Positions 51,691 through 64,000 of a stretch of 64,000 nucleotides of DNA are shown here, in pieces. The notes below the pieces were generated by a model. It did no database searches. It saw nothing but the letters and a program-made list of their open reading frames with translations, and was not told the DNA's origin. The stretch comes from Chiloscyllium plagiosum (Eukaryota). The stretch spans positions 1,576,023 to 1,640,022 of the forward strand of contig NC_057753.1 of NCBI RefSeq assembly GCF_004010195.1. The letters are read 5' to 3'. A program made the translations under genes and the position numbers. Position 1 is the stretch's first letter; every line of letters begins with the position of its first letter.

Positions 51691-54397
51691 GCATGCTCAA
51701 TTGTGTTGAATGGCTGAGCGGGCTCACAGAACTGATTGGCATATTCGAGTTCCTTTTCATGTGTCTGTATGCATGGTCATAAATATCTTATCCACTTGGG
51801 TGCAAGCATAAAAAGTAGACCTTGAAATAGAGTGTTAAGCTTTTCATTGAATTCAATAAGGACCTTTAGTTTTGCTTGCTAAAAAAAAACCTAAATCAAT
51901 CCTTGTAATGGACTTAGCTACAACAAGAGGGCCAGAGGATAAGCAGGAGAAGCGATGAGTTCAGCTTATGCCAGAAAGGGAGAGAAATAAAGAATTAAAC
52001 CTTGGGAGATCTGGAGAAGTTGGAGATGTGTGGGGAGGATGTGGTAACAGTGGACTATACTGCAAACCGCCTTTAAATTCTCCCTGGACCTCTGTTTTAG
52101 CTGGAAGCTATTTTTCCTTGCGATCTCTCCAGAATTACAGCTGCCATCTTTGCTCCATAAGAATGAAAGCGCATGACCAACCTTCTCCGTGACTGGTCTA
52201 TTTCTTGGTGTCCACATCATAATTTGCAAAAAGCATCTGGAAATGTTGGCATGATGCCTTGGTTATCGATGTCAAAGTCGTTAGTGTACACAGTGTGGAT
52301 CAGGAATGAATCATGAACTCTTATGGAATTCCAGTAGTAACCTTCCTCTTGTTCAAAAGATAGTTTTTATTGACGTCTACTTCATGACAATCAGACAATT
52401 TCATGCCAATGTTGTCACTGTCAACTTTATTTCATTACCTGCAGTGATTTTCTTATCAGACTTTTATGGAACAATTTATTAAATCACTGTCACTATGTTC
52501 ATCTCATCAATTACATTACCCTCATAAAAGTTCTGTTACCTGAATAAGAAATGACAGTCGAAGTCCTGGGAGATGATTTTCACTCAACAAATCTCTACAA
52601 GCTTTCCTGAATTAATAACCATTTATCCGAATGACGTTAACTGTGTAGCAAATTGCTACTACCGAGTGTAAATGATGTGGCCTCCAACGGGCTGTTAACC
52701 TTTCATTGATGGTGGATGAAGGTTTAATATTATTTGCCTGAAACACTTCACTTGTGCTCTAGTGAAGTGATTAATTTGCAATTACAATTAAATGATAAAG
52801 TATTCGATAAATGATCAAATTTCACAGGACATAAACTATCAATGACAAATGGAGATCTATAAATGAATTACTAATATAGATCAGTCAGTTCTGTAGGTAC
52901 TGTAGGACCGAAAATCACCGTAAAGTTTTAAATTTGGAATATGAGCAGGGAATACTGGAGACATTCAATATCTTCGATAGTTCATTGCAAACAGACATTG
53001 GTTCACATTTCAGTTCTATGAGCAAGTGGAGAGGAGCGGAGGTGGGAAGATGAACAAGAGAAAGTTCTGGAATCAATGAGAACAGTCAAGATGTGTGAAC
53101 AGGTGAATAGAAGCCTTGAATGTAAAGGAAATAGAAGAGCGAGAATGGAAAAGAAAGTCAGGGAGAAACACCAATTAAAATGGGATAGAAATCCAATCAT
53201 AGAGCTCTGGCACTTTCACACCTGAATATTGATTTCAATTCCTGTTCAGGTCACATGCAAAGTCACAGACCTGCTCAGTTTTATTATTCTCGCTGCAGTC
53301 TACACGTCAGATCAGGAGGTTACTTGCCCCCAACTCCATCTCTCTCTGAGTCCACAGAAACTGCAGAATTGTTACAATTCTGGGGCGCACTGGGTAAAAA
53401 CATAGCAAACTGCCAGCTGGTAGCTTGTAGGTTTCTACTCATTCAGTCCTGGATGATAGACAAATCAGCGTGACATGTGACTTAGAAACGTTGACATTCC
53501 CATATACCTGTAATGCTTGTCCTTCAACATGGTGGGGGTGAACATTTGGGGAATCTCGTCGATTCTGCTCCAGTAATGGATAGATTGAATCCTTCATCTC
53601 TGCTTCTCTTGCCTCTCCATATCCTTCTACAGCTTGCAAATGCTGACCAATTCCCTTCCATGAAGGACATCAGTGCAATAGTTTGGTTTACAATGAAAGT
53701 CCAGTAGCTTTCATGGTCATTTTGTTCCTCGCAGTATCAACTGCACACATTACCAGAGTCGCGACCTCGATTTCAAAACTAATCTGTGTTTTAATGGATT
53801 TCCATCTCATTTTTATTTTCTTCTGCGAGAGATCAGGTCCACAGGGAATTAGAAGGAGTTGATTTGCAATGAGGAACCTCAATGGAAACATTGTGCCACA
53901 GCAGGATCACTGGCATACTCTCTCTTCCTTGCAGGAAAATGTTGGAATGAACTTAAAGGAACAGCGCTGAACCAGTGTGGCCTGCAAACTAAGAGTGTAT
54001 TGAAGGATAGTAGAAACCAGTTTCATGACATTCAGCGTTACTGAGAATTTTGGGAATCGCCACAATGTCCTGTGTATACAATTCTCAGATCCTAGATCAT
54101 CATCATATTTTGATGTGAGATCTTATGAAATATTGAGATGGTGAGAACAGTCTCATCTTCGTTTTCACCACATTATTCCTTTTGAATCAGTTCTTGCCCT
54201 TTTAATTCAATGTGCTTGTACGAACAAGAACTGCTGTATATCTCCCAAGACTGCCGATTGCAAGACAGAGATAAAGCAAAATAACTCAACAGCACAGACG
54301 AATCAGGATGACATATAAATGAACATAAATGCAGAGTATGGACTCTAATATTGGTGTGAAATTGCATTTTGCTATTATTTATGTGAATTTTACATGA

Positions 54398-55308
54398 TCA
54401 CGACTTAAATAATTTAAAGAACAATATCAGTGGAAATGTAATCAATTTCTTTAACTGCTCTCTGAACTTCCTCTGGGTCCCTGCATAAATAAAAGGGTTG
54501 ACGCAGGAACTCAAAAGCTGAAGCATATACCCGCCTTCATTAAGAATAAAGTTTGATTGACTGTAATTTGAACCTGAGAAATAACTGGCATTCGCAATTT
54601 GAACATAGAGGAATGTCAGGAGAGCCAACAAATACGACAGAAGGAAGCTGCCCGAGATGGCGAAAAGTAAAACAATGGACCTCCTCCGTTTTTCCAACTC
54701 TGGGTCACTCTGATTCTCTCCATTGCCCCTGGTTCGGAGTCTCCTGCGAGCTCTACTGGTCAATACAATGTGCTTGACAGTGAGGGTATTGAGCAGTACA
54801 ATCAGAATGAATGGAAGACAAGGGTTTAAAATTACTGTTATCCAATCGAATGCAACCCAATAGAGTGAGGTATAATATATTGCTTTGAGGCTGCAATACC
54901 AAGGTACATTGTTAGTGATAAAGGAAGGTTCATACGCGAAGTACAAGGGAATGTGTCTGATACAGCTCAGAGTGCAGGCTGCTGATATGACCACAGTCGC
55001 TACTTTCTCGGTGCAGTATTTCATTTTCAGCTTCTGGCAACAAATAGCAATGAATCGATCAAAGGTGAAAGTGACAGTTACCCAGACTGAACAATCTCGG
55101 AAGCCATTAATTAACATAAGTTTGGCACTACAGATTGGGGTGATAGACAAGAATGCCATTGGGAAATAAATAGGTATAATTCGATTTAATACCACAGCTG
55201 TGATAATGACTAAGGCATCCGTTACAGCCATCGATACCAGGTAATGCACGACACATTTGGAAAGTCCACACCTTTCCCATGACAGGACACCAATCACCAA
55301 AAGGTTAG
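54398..55308 (-). CDS. GPR139-like orphan class A GPCR copy B, exon 2 (of 2); 326 aa spliced protein
   Basis: Open 7TM frame (DRF, WYC, NPFIY), roughly 80% identical to copy A by eye. Acceptor TTTTCAAAG| at 55309-55310; TGA at 54398. Confidence 0.93.
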
Positions 55309-56462
55309 CTTTGAAAAAGAAATATGTTGCAGTGAATACATGATATCGACAAATGTAGATGTACCAAAGGAAATACAAAACAGAAATCTGGACATGCTGA
55401 ACTTTCTGGAAGCAATTGCAAAGAGAGAAAAGAGTCCCAACTGTGCACTAAAAATGTTTTATTCAACAGCAGAAAATATCTCTAACTGGTTGCCGACTCT
55501 CATTATTGTGGCATGTGACAATATTCGCTGTTTTTCATTCAACACTGATGTTCTTCATTTATGATATAGTTGCACGAAATGTATTTAATTCTGCTCTTGA
55601 GCGATTGTAATAAGGGAACAGCAGCAAAGCTAGACTGAAATATTGGCAAATGGAAGAAGCAGTAGTATTATATCGACCAATGAAGCATACATGATAAAAT
55701 GTAAAGAAATCCTGAGAGGTTCATATTAAATCAGATATCCAGGAAGAGGTCGCTGAAACAGAAAAGAAACCTTATCTCTGAATTGAAAGAGATCTGAAAT
55801 TACATCGCATAACGATATTAAGCTAAGGCAGCAACGTTTTGTGACAGAAAATAAAGCAACATGATAGGTATATCTCATTTGCCAACGTCCTCTCTATTGA
55901 GTCCAATGATTTAGCCTTAAAATCCTACTGCAAGACTTCAATATTGATTGAGTATTGCATTACACAGGGTGTTTCATTTGTGTAAAACGAACAAATGGAA
56001 GATGTGGGAAACAATAGTAGAATATAAAATCTAACAGAACTATCAATAAGCGGCTGTTTATGTTCCATCAGAAGCAAAAAGTGGTATACCATGGAAATGT
56101 TGATTTCCCTCAGTAGCTGTGCAGATAGAAAGAAAAAGATACATTTGCAGTGTGATAATTAATTGACAGTTAATCTGCTCAATACAATCGACATGCAATC
56201 AAATAAAAATCCCAGTTAAATAATTCATCTGCACTATTGGCGTTAGAAACACAACAGAACAACATTTCCCACTTCTGAAGCTAACAATACACCAGACGAA
56301 AGGAGGAAAATGGTACTACTCAATGAAAAGAAAACAGCGTATTAAAAATGTAAGCAAGCAATGCAATTGAAAAGGAGAATTGACAATTTTAAAGTGGGGA
56401 AGGTAAGATACAAATAAATTGAAATCATATTGTTCATAAATTTAACGTTAATGCCTTAAAAG

Positions 56463-56607
56463 AATTGGAAGCAGTAGCTTTCGGAGCGCCGTTCTCTCAT
56501 CAGGTGATGAAGGAGCGGCGCTCCAAAAGTGACCACTTCCAATTAAACCTGTTGGACTATAACCTGGCGTTGTGTGATTGCCAGTCCAACACCGGCATCT
56601 CCAAATC
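56463..56607 (+). mobile_element. Short Penelope-type hairpin element in the copy B intron, with 12-bp TSD
   Basis: ATGCCTTAAAAG at 56451-56462 and 56608-56619; internal inverted repeat AATTGGAAG...GGAGCGCCG / CGGCGCTCC...CTTCCAATT. Confidence 0.8.
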
Positions 56608-57015
56608 ATGCCTTAAAAGTAATGTGAGACGTTCTAGCCCAAGTAAGGTAAAGATGCCGTGTTCTTACTGGACCAGAGAGCTGCTCTCTGATTAGACAGA
56701 AAGGACCAGAAGACCACTACACCTCAGGCTCGGTGAGAGGTTGAGAAGGAGAGTCGTTCGTGGTAACCTCAGATAGTGCTGGAATTGAACCAAAAAATTG
56801 CTATCCATCCAACTGAGTAAATGATTCCTTCAAAAATACGCACCCCAAGTCGGAAATCCTATTGAAAATGACCAAATTGCCGAACTGAATGTCAAAAAAC
56901 CTATGAATTTATTGGAGTACAGTACTGATCGCCTCGACAACAGATAAACTCAGATGAGAAAATTAATGAAGTTGCTAAAAATTATTCCTATTTAGTACTG
57001 ATGAAAATTCTTTAC

Positions 57016-57085
57016 CTGGAATGCCTATAGTTGCTAGGATTGGATAGTAAATAGCAAACACGAGCCCTTTTGGTGTTCCATGCAT
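57016..57085 (-). CDS. GPR139-like GPCR copy B, exon 1 (70 nt, MHGTPKGLVFAIYYPILATIGIP+G)
   Basis: ATG at 57085 and donor G|GTAAAG at 57014-57015; 70+911=981 nt, in frame. Confidence 0.9.
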
Positions 57086-57136
57086 TTTCGTCTCAAGCTG
57101 CAGCTATGTTTGGCATGACAGTGGATGATAATTACA

Positions 57137-57207
57137 TTTATACTTGCTGTCACGCACCAGGGACAGAATTGAATGCACTGTTCCTTTGCACTAATTAATC
57201 TAATTAG
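57137..57207 (-). promoter_or_regulatory. Putative core promoter of copy B
   Basis: TATAAA (minus) at 57137-57142, 52 nt upstream of the ATG. GCACCAGGGA at 57154-57163; TAATTA at 57192 and 57201. Confidence 0.5.
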
Positions 57208-58120
57208 TGCAACCATGCTCGGTTGGTCTTCAATTTTGATGGATTAGCAATTTATTCGTGGGCGATGTCATTGCTCCAAAATGAAGTACTTACAGAGTGT
57301 GGATTAATGATTTTAAAAAGGTGAAATACGAATCAGGCCATTGAAACTATGCACATAGCTGAACCCGCATGAGGTACTCATGTCAATGAATATGATATCT
57401 CTGACCTGAGATATTCTGTTGTATTGGAAGGTGCAGGCCCTTTTCCTCTCCTGATCATTATTCCATCTGTATGATAACTGATGAGGACCAAGTCTCTCCA
57501 AAACTGTATAATCCCTTCAAAGCAAAAATCTGTGCATAGTTTATGGGCATGTCTATTTTCTTTCATGTTGCGTTCTCAGGGTCACTTTATTTTTACATTA
57601 TTTGCAGTACAGACTGGAGCAGGTATGAGCCATTGTATGGCGGTCCGACATGTAAAAGGCATCTTGATCAGACTGACTTCAACATGCACAGGTCCAATTC
57701 AGCAGGTATATAAGAATTGATATTGGCTGCTTTCTGGCAATGCATGTAATGCGGGGAAAGTCTATTCAGTGTGATTACATTTAGCATGATGTGGAAGTGC
57801 CAGTATTGGACTGGGAGAACAAAGTCAGATGTCTTCACATTACGAAGGTGATGCTCTCTGAACGCTTGTCATTCGAAATAAACCTGTTAGACTGTAATCT
57901 GGTGTCACGTGACTTCTGACAACATTCAGCATAAACTGGTCCAGTGCATATTGTTCAATTCTGTCCACATAGAACCATATCACTGTGGTCGTCTTCATGA
58001 CGGAGTTGCGTGGGACAGGCTGGGGTTACATCGATTCATTGAACAGACAGGGACGAGTCCAGTTTCACAAGGCTAAATCACGTGTAGAGCGTCTCAATCA
58101 ATACTCTGCAATTACAAAAG

Positions 58121-58341
58121 GAGAAAATGAAGACTGCAGATGTTGGAGATCCGAGTCGAGAGTGTGGTGCTGCAAAAGCACAGCCGGTCAAGCCGTTTCT
58201 GTGGAGCAGGAGAATCACCCATAAGTCCTTCATCAGGAAGAAGCCTCTTTCCTGATGAAGAGGTCATGCCCGAAACGTCGATTCTCCTGCTCCTCGGATG
58301 TTCCTGATTTGCTGCACTTTTTGAGCACCACTTTCTCGACT
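58121..58341. mobile_element. Palindromic Penelope-derived short element with hammerhead-like core
   Basis: Arms AGTCGAGAGTGTGGTGCT...CTTCATCAGGAA / TTCCTGATGAAG...AGCACCACTTTCTCGACT; CTGATGA...GAAACGTC at 58252-58279. Confidence 0.7.
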
Positions 58342-61300
58342 GCAATTTCGGAAGGTTCGACCTGTAATCCCTGAGGTTGCGTTCAGTCAGGCAGAAACGA
58401 GCAGCTGAGCACAATTCATCTGAAATGATGGAGAATGGTCTCAACAAGTTAATGACCCTGTGGAACTGTCCAACTGCATTTGGTTATTCTTACAGTGAAA
58501 GGAACTAGATGTGATTGTTTATATTCAGTGTTGAAAATTCCCATCCAGTTCTGAGCACACAAAATTATTTCTGCACAGTTGCATTCATCATGCACAGGAT
58601 CAATTCAGGACAGTTGCCTTGATTGTACCTGACCCAGGTTATCAGCTTGACATTCGGCTTTTGACCAAGACTGTAACACGCAGATGAGCGCACTGAGTTG
58701 TGAATAATGACGTGCAATGTAGTAAAATAGGCCAGATTGCATTTCCTGTGTTTGAAAGATATCTTCCTAAAGGAAGCTGTTGTTTCAGGTGAGTGCATGA
58801 AATATACTAGAAAATGTCTGAGGAAGGAGCACCTGGGGAGAACAGAAATAAATAATATTGCATTGAGAAAAATACTGCCTGCTCCAGTATTCAATTAGAT
58901 GATGGATGATCTCATCATCCTCAACTTTATTTTCCTGCCTGTTACCTAGAGTCCTTACTGTCTTACTTATTTAAAAAAATCTCAGTTTTGAATGTACTTC
59001 ATGACACAGCATCTTCTAACCACTGTGGTAATGAATTGCACAAATTCACAACCCTCTGACAGAAGAACTTCCTCCTTGTTCCTCTTTTAAGTGTGCAACG
59101 TCCTACTCTGAGATTACACTCTCTAGTCTGAGATTTACCCACAACGAGAAACAAACCTCGCAGCACCCAACCTGTCAAACCCTCTACCAAACACACATGT
59201 GTCAATAGGGTAGCTTTTCATTCTGCTAACCCCTTTGTTTACAATCCAACCTACTTGATCTCTCTTCGTGAGAAAAATCCCTCCATGCCTGCATCAGTGA
59301 GTGTGTTCCAGACACCCTCCAATGGCATTATATCAAACGTGAGATAAGGGGATAAAAAATTCCCAGTATTCGAGGTGGCATCTATGTACGTTGTGTAGTT
59401 TTCAGAAGACTTCCCTAATTCTATACTACATTCCCTGAGATAGACTAATAAGCCAGTTACCTACCTTATGATCTGGTGAACCTGTATGGTAGTTGTTTTG
59501 TATCTTATGCACTAGGATACCCAAATGCCCTTGTGATGCAGTTTTCTGCAGTCTACTGAAATAATAATATTTCATTCTTCTGCAAAACCGAATTTTTCAC
59601 GTTATATTCCATCTACGAAATCTTGGATCACTAACTTAGTGTGTGTATAATTATCTGGCGATGTTTTGCATCATCCTTGCCACGCACCTTCCAACCAGTT
59701 TGTCTGCGACCACACATACTTGCCTTATTAATTTGTTAAATACATATTCAAATAATTTTAATTTCAGCAAGCTTCCCTGTGCTACTCCGCAAGTTGCATA
59801 TTCCCATCTGGAAAATTACCCTCTTTTCCGAACTCTGTCTTCTATTAACTCAACAATTCTCTGTCGATGCAAGTGTACGACCAATCCATAAATAACTCTT
59901 ATTAGGTAGCCTTCTGTACTGCACCTTATCGGACATAGAAATTTAGATGTTTCACATCGGTTGGTTTTCCTTTATAATCCTGCCTGCTCCCTCCTCAAAG
60001 AATTAATATATATTTGTGGGGCATGGATTCCACTGTGATGAAGCCATGCTGAATCAAGTTGATTCGATTGTGCATTTCTCAGTAGTGCGTTCTGCAACTA
60101 TATTATTTATAATAAATTCTCACATTTCTCTCATGACAAATTTTCAGCTAACTGATCTGTTTTTATTAGTCTCGGCTATTGTTTTCCAATTCTTTGCAAA
60201 ATTTCCAAACTTAACAAATTCTTGAAATGTTCTGAACCATGCATCTCCTGCCTCTTTACATACTTCATTTAATATCCCAGGACCCAACCCATCATGTACA
60301 GGGGCCTTACCTGCTTTTAGGCCAAATAGTTTCACTAGTATTTTCTGTCTAGTGATAATAATATTCTTTATTTCCTCCCGCACAATGGCCCACTGATAAT
60401 TTAATACTTTAGGAATGCTGTTAGTGGTTATTTGCACTCCTCACCCACTCAAACTCCCAACCAGGTTTCTTTTTGAGACTTCCTGGAAGGTTACTTCTAA
60501 GTTTCCATCCTTTGTTAATTTTAGCCACACCTTCGTTACGTGATCAGTAGTGTAGTAATTATATTTCTACATTTCTATTACCAAATGGGCAAGTTGGTTC
60601 ACTTAAAAACATGATTGGAAAAATGCATCAAAATCCTCAATAATTATCACTGCTCCATTGACCTGAAATCTAAAATACAGAAGGCGAACATGAATTCATA
60701 GCGGCATTGAAATAGGCACAAGAATACAGGCATAGGATAAGGAGTACGCCACTCATCCCCTCACACCTGCTTCACCGTTCAATATGCTTGATCTGCAGTC
60801 TAATTCCATGTACTTGCCTTTGGCCCATATAACTCAGTACTTTTGTCTTTAAATATTGTCTCTCTGAGATTTATATTTTATAATTAAATTATCATCAACC
60901 ACCGTTTGAGGAAAGAGTTCCAACTCTCCATTAGTAGTTATTTCTAATGTCACTCGTGAATTGCGTTTTCTAATTTTCAGACTGTGGATCCATTTGAAGA
61001 CATCTTCAAACACTGAAAATAGTTTGGCTTTATCTAATCTAATATTTTGAAATCGCTGATTAGACCACCGCTTAGCCTTTTAAATTCTCCAGAATGAAGG
61101 CATAATTTATCTAAACTCTATATATAACTGAACTCCAGTTGTCATCCTTGTAGTTCTTCCAGAGCCAAAACGTCCTCCAAAAGCTATTTGCCCGGATCTG
61201 CTCACAACATTCTAAATGGTGTCTAACCAGGGTTTTGTGTAATTGCAGCCTAACATCTGCATCCTTACCCTACAGTCCTTTAGGTATGAAGGCCAACATT

Positions 61301-63908
61301 CCCTTAGCGTTCTTGACTATTTTCTGCATCTGTTCATTACATTTTAAAACGCTACGCACATCAGCGTCTAAATCCCTTTGGAAACGCACTGAATGTAAGT
61401 TTGTGTTTTATATAACATATACAGATTTTTGCAAAAATTAGGAATAAATACTTTTTGAGAAGAATACTACCGCTCACTTCAATCGTCAAAACGTCATCAC
61501 TCCAAGCACAGGTTTCCTCACAGGGTGAGTTCACTTAATTTGCTGCACGTTTGCTTCTAACAGTCATGACGTTTCAAATGATAGACATGATCTGTGATTC
61601 TTTGAAATGTAACTCTTTTAATGAAGTCAATGTGAAATAAAAGTGTTCACTATTATTTTCCAGTTGACACCGTGCATATTACGTTAGGATCCATTGCATT
61701 TCCCTCCAACTGATAGCTTCTGATCTCATGTCGTGTGAGGTGACAGATTTCGCATTCATATGGTCAAAATTCATTACTGACATGTTGCTGGTTCATATCT
61801 GCTTTTTGAGAAGTATGGAAAGTGCTCTCTCTCCTTACCAACCACTCTCTAGCTTTACAGTTGTGCTATCCTTTGTAGCCCATCTTGCTGCCTTGTGTAA
61901 CTCCTGTCCACGTTTTCATTCTGTTTTACAACGAATTGGCTGTCCATGCTTCTGGCCCGAGAGTACTGTTTTATATACCATATAAGCTAACTCTGGTTCT
62001 TGACTGCCCCGCTCCCTCTAGCCTTCCTATTGCATCTTATCATTTCACTGCTGCTCCAATTTCAGGCTGCTTCTGTCAAATGTTTGTTGCTACTTGGCTC
62101 AATAAAGATTCTGTTCATGCTACTACCGTTCTCTGATTGGTTAGCACCATGAATAAATATTCATCGTAATTTTTCTGGCTTTCAGGGTTAAATTTGCCAG
62201 CCCCTGGCATGTGTTATAACTGGTGCATACCGCTTTTATTATTGAGTGAATTCTTCAATCCTATTGTTTGATCTCTAGTCCCCTTGATTGTCGCACTGAC
62301 GTAATCTCTGACTCCCTGCACTTTTGGATTCAAATCTTGATAGTAAATCAAAAGTTCTCTTATTCTGATTTCATCAGTTGCAAATTGAACATAACTCGAT
62401 TCCCTACAAAACAGAGCATTGCCAATGTGGGAAACATCCATGTGGGCAATAGATTATGGAACCTTGCAGGAGACACCCGCAGATCTCTGAGAAGAGGCAG
62501 ACTCAAAGAAATGCAGCACTGTTGTTATCTTTACCACAAACCGGCCAGCTGAGCACACTGTCTGGTATCAGTTGACAGCAGGTTTCAACACAATGTTCAA
62601 GAAAGTCTGAGCGTCCTGTTGCATAGTTGCCGAGACATATCCAGAAAACTGATCCTCAGTCAGTGTACATTGTTTGGGGTGTATTACCTTCAGTGAGCTT
62701 GAGCTCTGCATTGATCTTTCTTCTTGGTGAATAATTATGGTTGTGATTTTGTTTTCGATACTGCTTAACTAGTTCCTCATCATAAGTCCACACTGTAGAT
62801 GCACATGATTGTCTCTTACTTTTGAGCTAGCCACCAGTCAGCAAGCACAGATCAAGTAAATAAAGTTGTGAATTGAACTTTGGTTCGATTTATCTCTGAA
62901 ACAATGATATAACAATGAGTAAGACCAATGAGCAATGCTTTTGGACTTGTTTCAATATACTAAAGTTTTCAAGCCTGAATTTTATTGCCCCATTGATCCC
63001 TACAGTGCATTCACCTTGGTGTCTCGAGTGCGTTCCAGTATCCTTCGAAATCCCCTTTGACGTAGAATAGAGTTTTATGGCTTTGTCACATCCTTATTCA
63101 AATCTGCTTATCTAACTGAGGCAGCAGGCCTTGAAATGTGCATCAGTTAATGCATGTATGTCAAAATATTGACATGCTGTATCTTTGCCTTCTTTACCTC
63201 CTGGCACCTATCGTTCTGTTGTCTGTTACACTAAATTATTGTATCCACAATTAAAATGGATTCTATTTTGTAAACTTGTTACACTCTTTTACATCGTTAA
63301 TTAAAACCAAACATACAGAACAGCTCACATCACCTCATCATCTGTTTAAATGTGAGTGAGCGTGAACTCCTAATTTCCACAATTCAAAGGAAAGTAACAA
63401 TTTATTTTCATAACTCTAACAAAAGCCCCTGTTATTAGAAGCAGGTAGAGTATGCAGCAGAGGGCGACTGAGAGGGAGCAGCATCCCTTCGGTGCATACA
63501 TTACAGTCTGAAAGCAATCACCTGTACTAAAGACAGAATCGTCTGACAATAGCACCCATGATTAGCAGCAGGAAGAGCATCCAATAGACAGTTGACGAGG
63601 GGGCATCATTTTTGCCAATACATTAAAGCCTGGAAGCTATCATGTGCACTGAAGAGCGGATTGTCGAGGGCCTGGTATCAAGGAGTCCTTTCAGCCTAAC
63701 TACAGCATCACAGTAGTGCTTCCCTTCTCCTCTAACCCAGAGGAAACAGCCTGTATAGACAGACTTGTTGTTGCTTTATTTGCTGGTAGCCAGGTAAGCA
63801 GTGAGGCTTTGGCTTGAAAGGCTGTGGAGAGTAGCAGGTCAGCAAAAAGTACAATTAAACTCAAATAAACACCTTTTAACTATCCTGTTTAGTCTTACAG
63901 CAGTTGAG

Positions 63909-64000
63909 ATGGCAGTTAGGTGCATTTGCATATTACTACTGCAGAATCTGGGAAGTGAGGGTGATTTCCAACTTCCGTGATGAGTCCACCTGTGGGAAGG
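63909..64000 (+). mobile_element. Start of a CR1 ORF1 (runs off the window)
   Basis: ATGGCAGTTAG... followed by YCRIWEVRVISNFRDESTCGK, resembling the CR1 ORF1 N-terminal 'C.MWEV......TC.KC' motif. Confidence 0.55.

Noticed and set aside
25028..57085. Assigning the symbol GPR139
   Set aside because: These are multi-copy, divergent genes lacking the TM6 WxP motif; orthology cannot be established without a tree and synteny.
1..64000. CRISPR array or prokaryotic operon/defence system
   Set aside because: The sequence is vertebrate-like, with no regularly spaced repeat-spacer structure or operon-like gene density.

Overview
Eukaryotic, repeat-rich genomic DNA, inferred to be cartilaginous fish (shark) from its HE1-type tRNA SINEs and CR1/HER1-type LINEs. 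It contains one assembly gap (30040-30622). The window is a tandem array of about four diverged duplication units built around a minus-strand, two-exon class A GPCR gene of the GPR139/GPR142-like type. Two copies are intact: join(complement 27498-27567, 25028-25926), 322 aa, and join(complement 57016-57085, 54398-55308), 326 aa. Both have a 70-nt first exon that the ORF track misses. One copy (9216-12398) is a pseudogene whose exon 1 is split by a solo LTR. In a fourth unit (~45.37-45.90 kb) the flanks survive but the gene is deleted. The intact copies share an upstream TATA box with homeodomain-like and O/E-like motifs, and the TATA box is mutated in the pseudogene. This birth-and-death pattern suggests an expanded orphan, possibly chemosensory, receptor family (inference). 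The rest is decayed mobile DNA: two Gmr1-like Gypsy LTR elements (integrase before RT, tRNA-Pro-like PBS), solo LTRs, a Tx1/L1-clade fragment nested in an integrase, CR1 LINEs, SINEs and Penelope-derived short elements with hammerhead-ribozyme-like cores. There is also a ~1.4-kb inversion and small tandem duplications. Repeat boundaries were read by eye and are approximate unless junction sequences are quoted.
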